A stretch of DNA of 64,000 nucleotides from NCBI GenBank assembly GCA_964610835.1, contig CAZSWK010000002.1, positions 1,972-65,971 on the forward strand, read 5' to 3'. Under the pieces are notes generated by a model. The model was given only the letters and a program-made list of their open reading frames with translations. It searched no databases and was not told the DNA's origin. The position numbers and the translations under genes were made by a program. The stretch comes from an uncultured Anaerolineaceae bacterium (GTDB lineage: Bacteria; Chloroflexota; Limnocylindria; Limnocylindrales; CSP1-4). Positions 61,864 to 64,000 of the stretch are shown here, one piece after another. How positions within the stretch are numbered: position 1 is the stretch's first letter; each line of letters begins with the position of its first letter.

Positions 61864-63926
61864 CGCCGAAACCACTCGAGCATGCGCGTGTGCCTATCCC
61901 GGCGACGATCGGGCCGCCCGGTGACCGCGTAGACGTGCGACGACTCGGGGTACAGCACGTATTCCACTGTGCGCCCCAACGCCCGCAGCACCAGGAACAG
62001 CTGCTCGTTGTCGCTCGGTGGACAGACAAGGTCCGCCTCGCCCTGGAGCATCAGCAGCGGCGTGCGCACCCGCGCTGCCAGCCGCAGCGGCGACTGCCGC
62101 CACAGAGCGCCCACGCCGGTCTCGTCGAACGGTTCGCCGAGCCTGGCGCGGCGGTTGTAGTCGGGCCCATTCCACGAGAGCGCCCACACGGCGACCTGGT
62201 TGGAGACGCCGTTCTCGCTGACCGCGGCCGCAAATCGATCCGGGTACGCACCCACAAGCCAGTTGACCAGGAAGCCGCCGTAGGAGAGGCCCAGGATGCC
62301 GATCCGTGAGGCATCGGCCGTCCCGTCGGCGATCAGGGCATCGATGACGGCCAGGATGTCCGCCGCGTCCACCTCGCCCCAGTGGCCCATGTGCGGCGTG
62401 ATCCAGTCGCGACCGTAAGCCGCGGAGCCCCGGATGTTGGGCAGCGCGACGACGAAGCCAGCACTCGCCAGCATCTGCACCTCGAGCGATGGCGTGGGCG
62501 CCCAGCCGCCCAGCGGGCCGCCATGGATGTTCACCACCAGCGGGCGCGGGCCCGAGGCCGCGGCGTCTCCCTGGCGTGGGTGGGCAATCCAGGTCTCGAT
62601 CGCGCCGCCCGGGCCGTCGATGAGCCGGTTGTCCATGCGCGGTAACGCGAGGCTCTCCTGCCAGGTCGAGCCGATGCTCGTCACGGTGTGGTAGGCGCCT
62701 GTGCCGTCCGGCTCCATGACCTCCATGGCACGGCTGCCGAGCGTGCCCACAACGGCGACTCGCCCACTTGCGGCAACGGCCATCTGCCAGCACGCGGCAT
62801 CGCCTTCGGCCAGCGGCCGCGGCGCTCCACGAGCCCTGCCGGTGGTCGCCTCGACAGGGAACAGCCACGGGTCGCTGCGCCCGCGGCGCGTGACCAGCGC
62901 CACCAACTCGGGGCCGCTTTCCGTGTTGCGCCAGAACGGTCCCGAGCTCGGGGAGCTCATCCAGCCGTTCAGATCCGTGTCCAGCCAGGCGCCGATGGGC
63001 AGGTCGAGGTCGGCGGCGAGCGGCACCGCAGGCGCAGAGCCGTCAGCCGGCGCGATGAACAGCCCCGGCTCGGCGTTGTCGGGCGCGCCGTCCTCGTCCA
63101 CGCCGGCAACTGCCAGCCAGCGCCCGTCGGGCGACGGTACGGCGTGCTCGGCCACGCCGCGCAGGCGCAACACCTCCACCGGCGCGGCGGGCGCACCGCG
63201 GGCAGGCGCGGAGGTGACGCGCCAGATGGAAGGTCGCGGGTACAGGTCGGCCAGCTCATGGCGCGCCGCAGAGAACACGAGTGAACGGCCATCCGCATCC
63301 CACGCCGGGTTAGCGACGTCGAAGTCGCCGTCGGTGACGGCCACCGCCGTTGCACCATCCGCAGCGTCGATCACCGAAAGATGCGTGTGGTGGTCGGCGT
63401 GGCCGATCTCGTCGACACGCCAGCCGCCCACGGTTATGCGCCGCGCGGTTGGTTCCTTGCCGTCGTCGCGCTTGCCCACGAGAAAGCGAGCCGGGCCACG
63501 CCAGCCCCAGAACGCGATGCGTGCCCCGTCGGGCGACCAGGCAAAGCCGGTAACGTCATGTTCCTCGTGCGTCAGTTGCCAGGCCTCTCCGCCCTCGAGT
63601 GGCAGCACCCAGACCTGCGTGGGCGGCTTGTCGTCCGTGCCGTGGCGTGCCTGTTCGCCGGCGGCCTCCGCGTGCGCCCGCTTGCGCAGGAAAGCCAGCG
63701 AGTGCCCGTCGGGAGAGGGGCGGGGGAAGGTGTCGGTCGGCCCGCCCGTCAGGCGTCGCGGCTCACCACTGTCGAGGGGCACCGCCCAGATCTCCTGGTG
63801 GTACTCCAGCTCGTCGGTGGAGCGCCGCACGACGAAGGCGGTGCCGCCATCGGGCGCAATGCCGATCTCCTCCATGAAGATTGCCTGGTCGACGACTTCC
63901 GGCGTGACGGCCGTTAGCTCGGGCAC
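61842..63926 (-). CDS. S9-family serine peptidase (prolyl oligopeptidase/acylaminoacyl-peptidase type) with N-terminal beta-propeller
   Basis: C-terminal alpha/beta hydrolase with GLSYGG (Ser), Asp and His (SSHVY), and an N-terminal WD-like propeller repeat pattern. Its 3' end overlaps the ABC ATPase gene by about 22 bp (convergent). Confidence 0.8.
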   Translation of the reverse strand: MPELTAVTPEVVDQAIFMEEIGIAPDGGTAFVVRRSTDELEYHQEIWAVPLDSGEPRRLTGGPTDTFPRPSPDGHSLAFLRKRAHAEAAGEQARHGTDDKPPTQVWVLPLEGGEAWQLTHEEHDVTGFAWSPDGARIAFWGWRGPARFLVGKRDDGKEPTARRITVGGWRVDEIGHADHHTHLSVIDAADGATAVAVTDGDFDVANPAWDADGRSLVFSAARHELADLYPRPSIWRVTSAPARGAPAAPVEVLRLRGVAEHAVPSPDGRWLAVAGVDEDGAPDNAEPGLFIAPADGSAPAVPLAADLDLPIGAWLDTDLNGWMSSPSSGPFWRNTESGPELVALVTRRGRSDPWLFPVEATTGRARGAPRPLAEGDAACWQMAVAASGRVAVVGTLGSRAMEVMEPDGTGAYHTVTSIGSTWQESLALPRMDNRLIDGPGGAIETWIAHPRQGDAAASGPRPLVVNIHGGPLGGWAPTPSLEVQMLASAGFVVALPNIRGSAAYGRDWITPHMGHWGEVDAADILAVIDALIADGTADASRIGILGLSYGGFLVNWLVGAYPDRFAAAVSENGVSNQVAVWALSWNGPDYNRRARLGEPFDETGVGALWRQSPLRLAARVRTPLLMLQGEADLVCPPSDNEQLFLVLRALGRTVEYVLYPESSHVYAVTGRPDRRRDRHTRMLEWFRRYLKLGS

Positions 63927-64000
63927 GCGGGGAGACTAGCGCGCCGCGCGGCTCCGGGCGCGTCAGATCCGAGCATGGCACTCGTGACTGAGCGGCACGC

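Overview
This is a 64-kb segment of a high-GC (about 70% by eye) bacterial chromosome with dense, mostly housekeeping and envelope-related coding and no rRNA, tRNA or CRISPR. Gene content points to an F420-using Actinomycetota-like host: two F420-family enzymes, OpcA next to Zwf, a MarP-like CvpA-protease fusion, a fused MoaD-MoaE, an LCP protein, DUF4012 and a sortase. Recognisable blocks, left to right:
- fatty-acid synthesis genes fabD-fabF with a divergent MarR regulator, plus a second partial KAS II gene at the window edge;
- a small AT-richer islet (about 5660-7240) carrying a VapC/Phd toxin-antitoxin pair and an orphan ORF;
- a coupled operon of F420-dependent LLM oxidoreductase, membrane protein, MoaD-MoaE fusion and M55 peptidase;
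- a CoA-transferase pair, an orphan LuxR response regulator, a secreted CAP-domain protein, gabT, a CapA-like protein, pruA and citrate synthase;
- a zinc-ribbon protein next to an SbcD / SbcC-like pair in which the SbcC-like ATPase has two hydrophobic helices where the zinc hook would normally sit;
- a pentose-phosphate operon in the order tkt-pgi-gnd-zwf-opcA-pgl, and divergent from it psuK-psuG;
- an envelope cluster (LCP, tandem-duplicated small protein, TM micro-ORF, HAD hydrolase with no canonical start, LysM protein, surface protein, sortase, DUF4012, ugd);
- pyrG, a short transaldolase, a five-gene peptide-type ABC importer whose binding protein carries a C-terminal TM anchor, and an S9 peptidase.
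The most unusual observations are the shared TGG / hydrophobic helix / Arg-rich C-terminal tails on two exported proteins near the sortase, the membrane-spanning hook-less SbcC-like ATPase, and the HAD gene that may be frameshift-fused to the upstream TM micro-ORF. ORF ends follow the supplied track; starts I moved are stated in the evidence.
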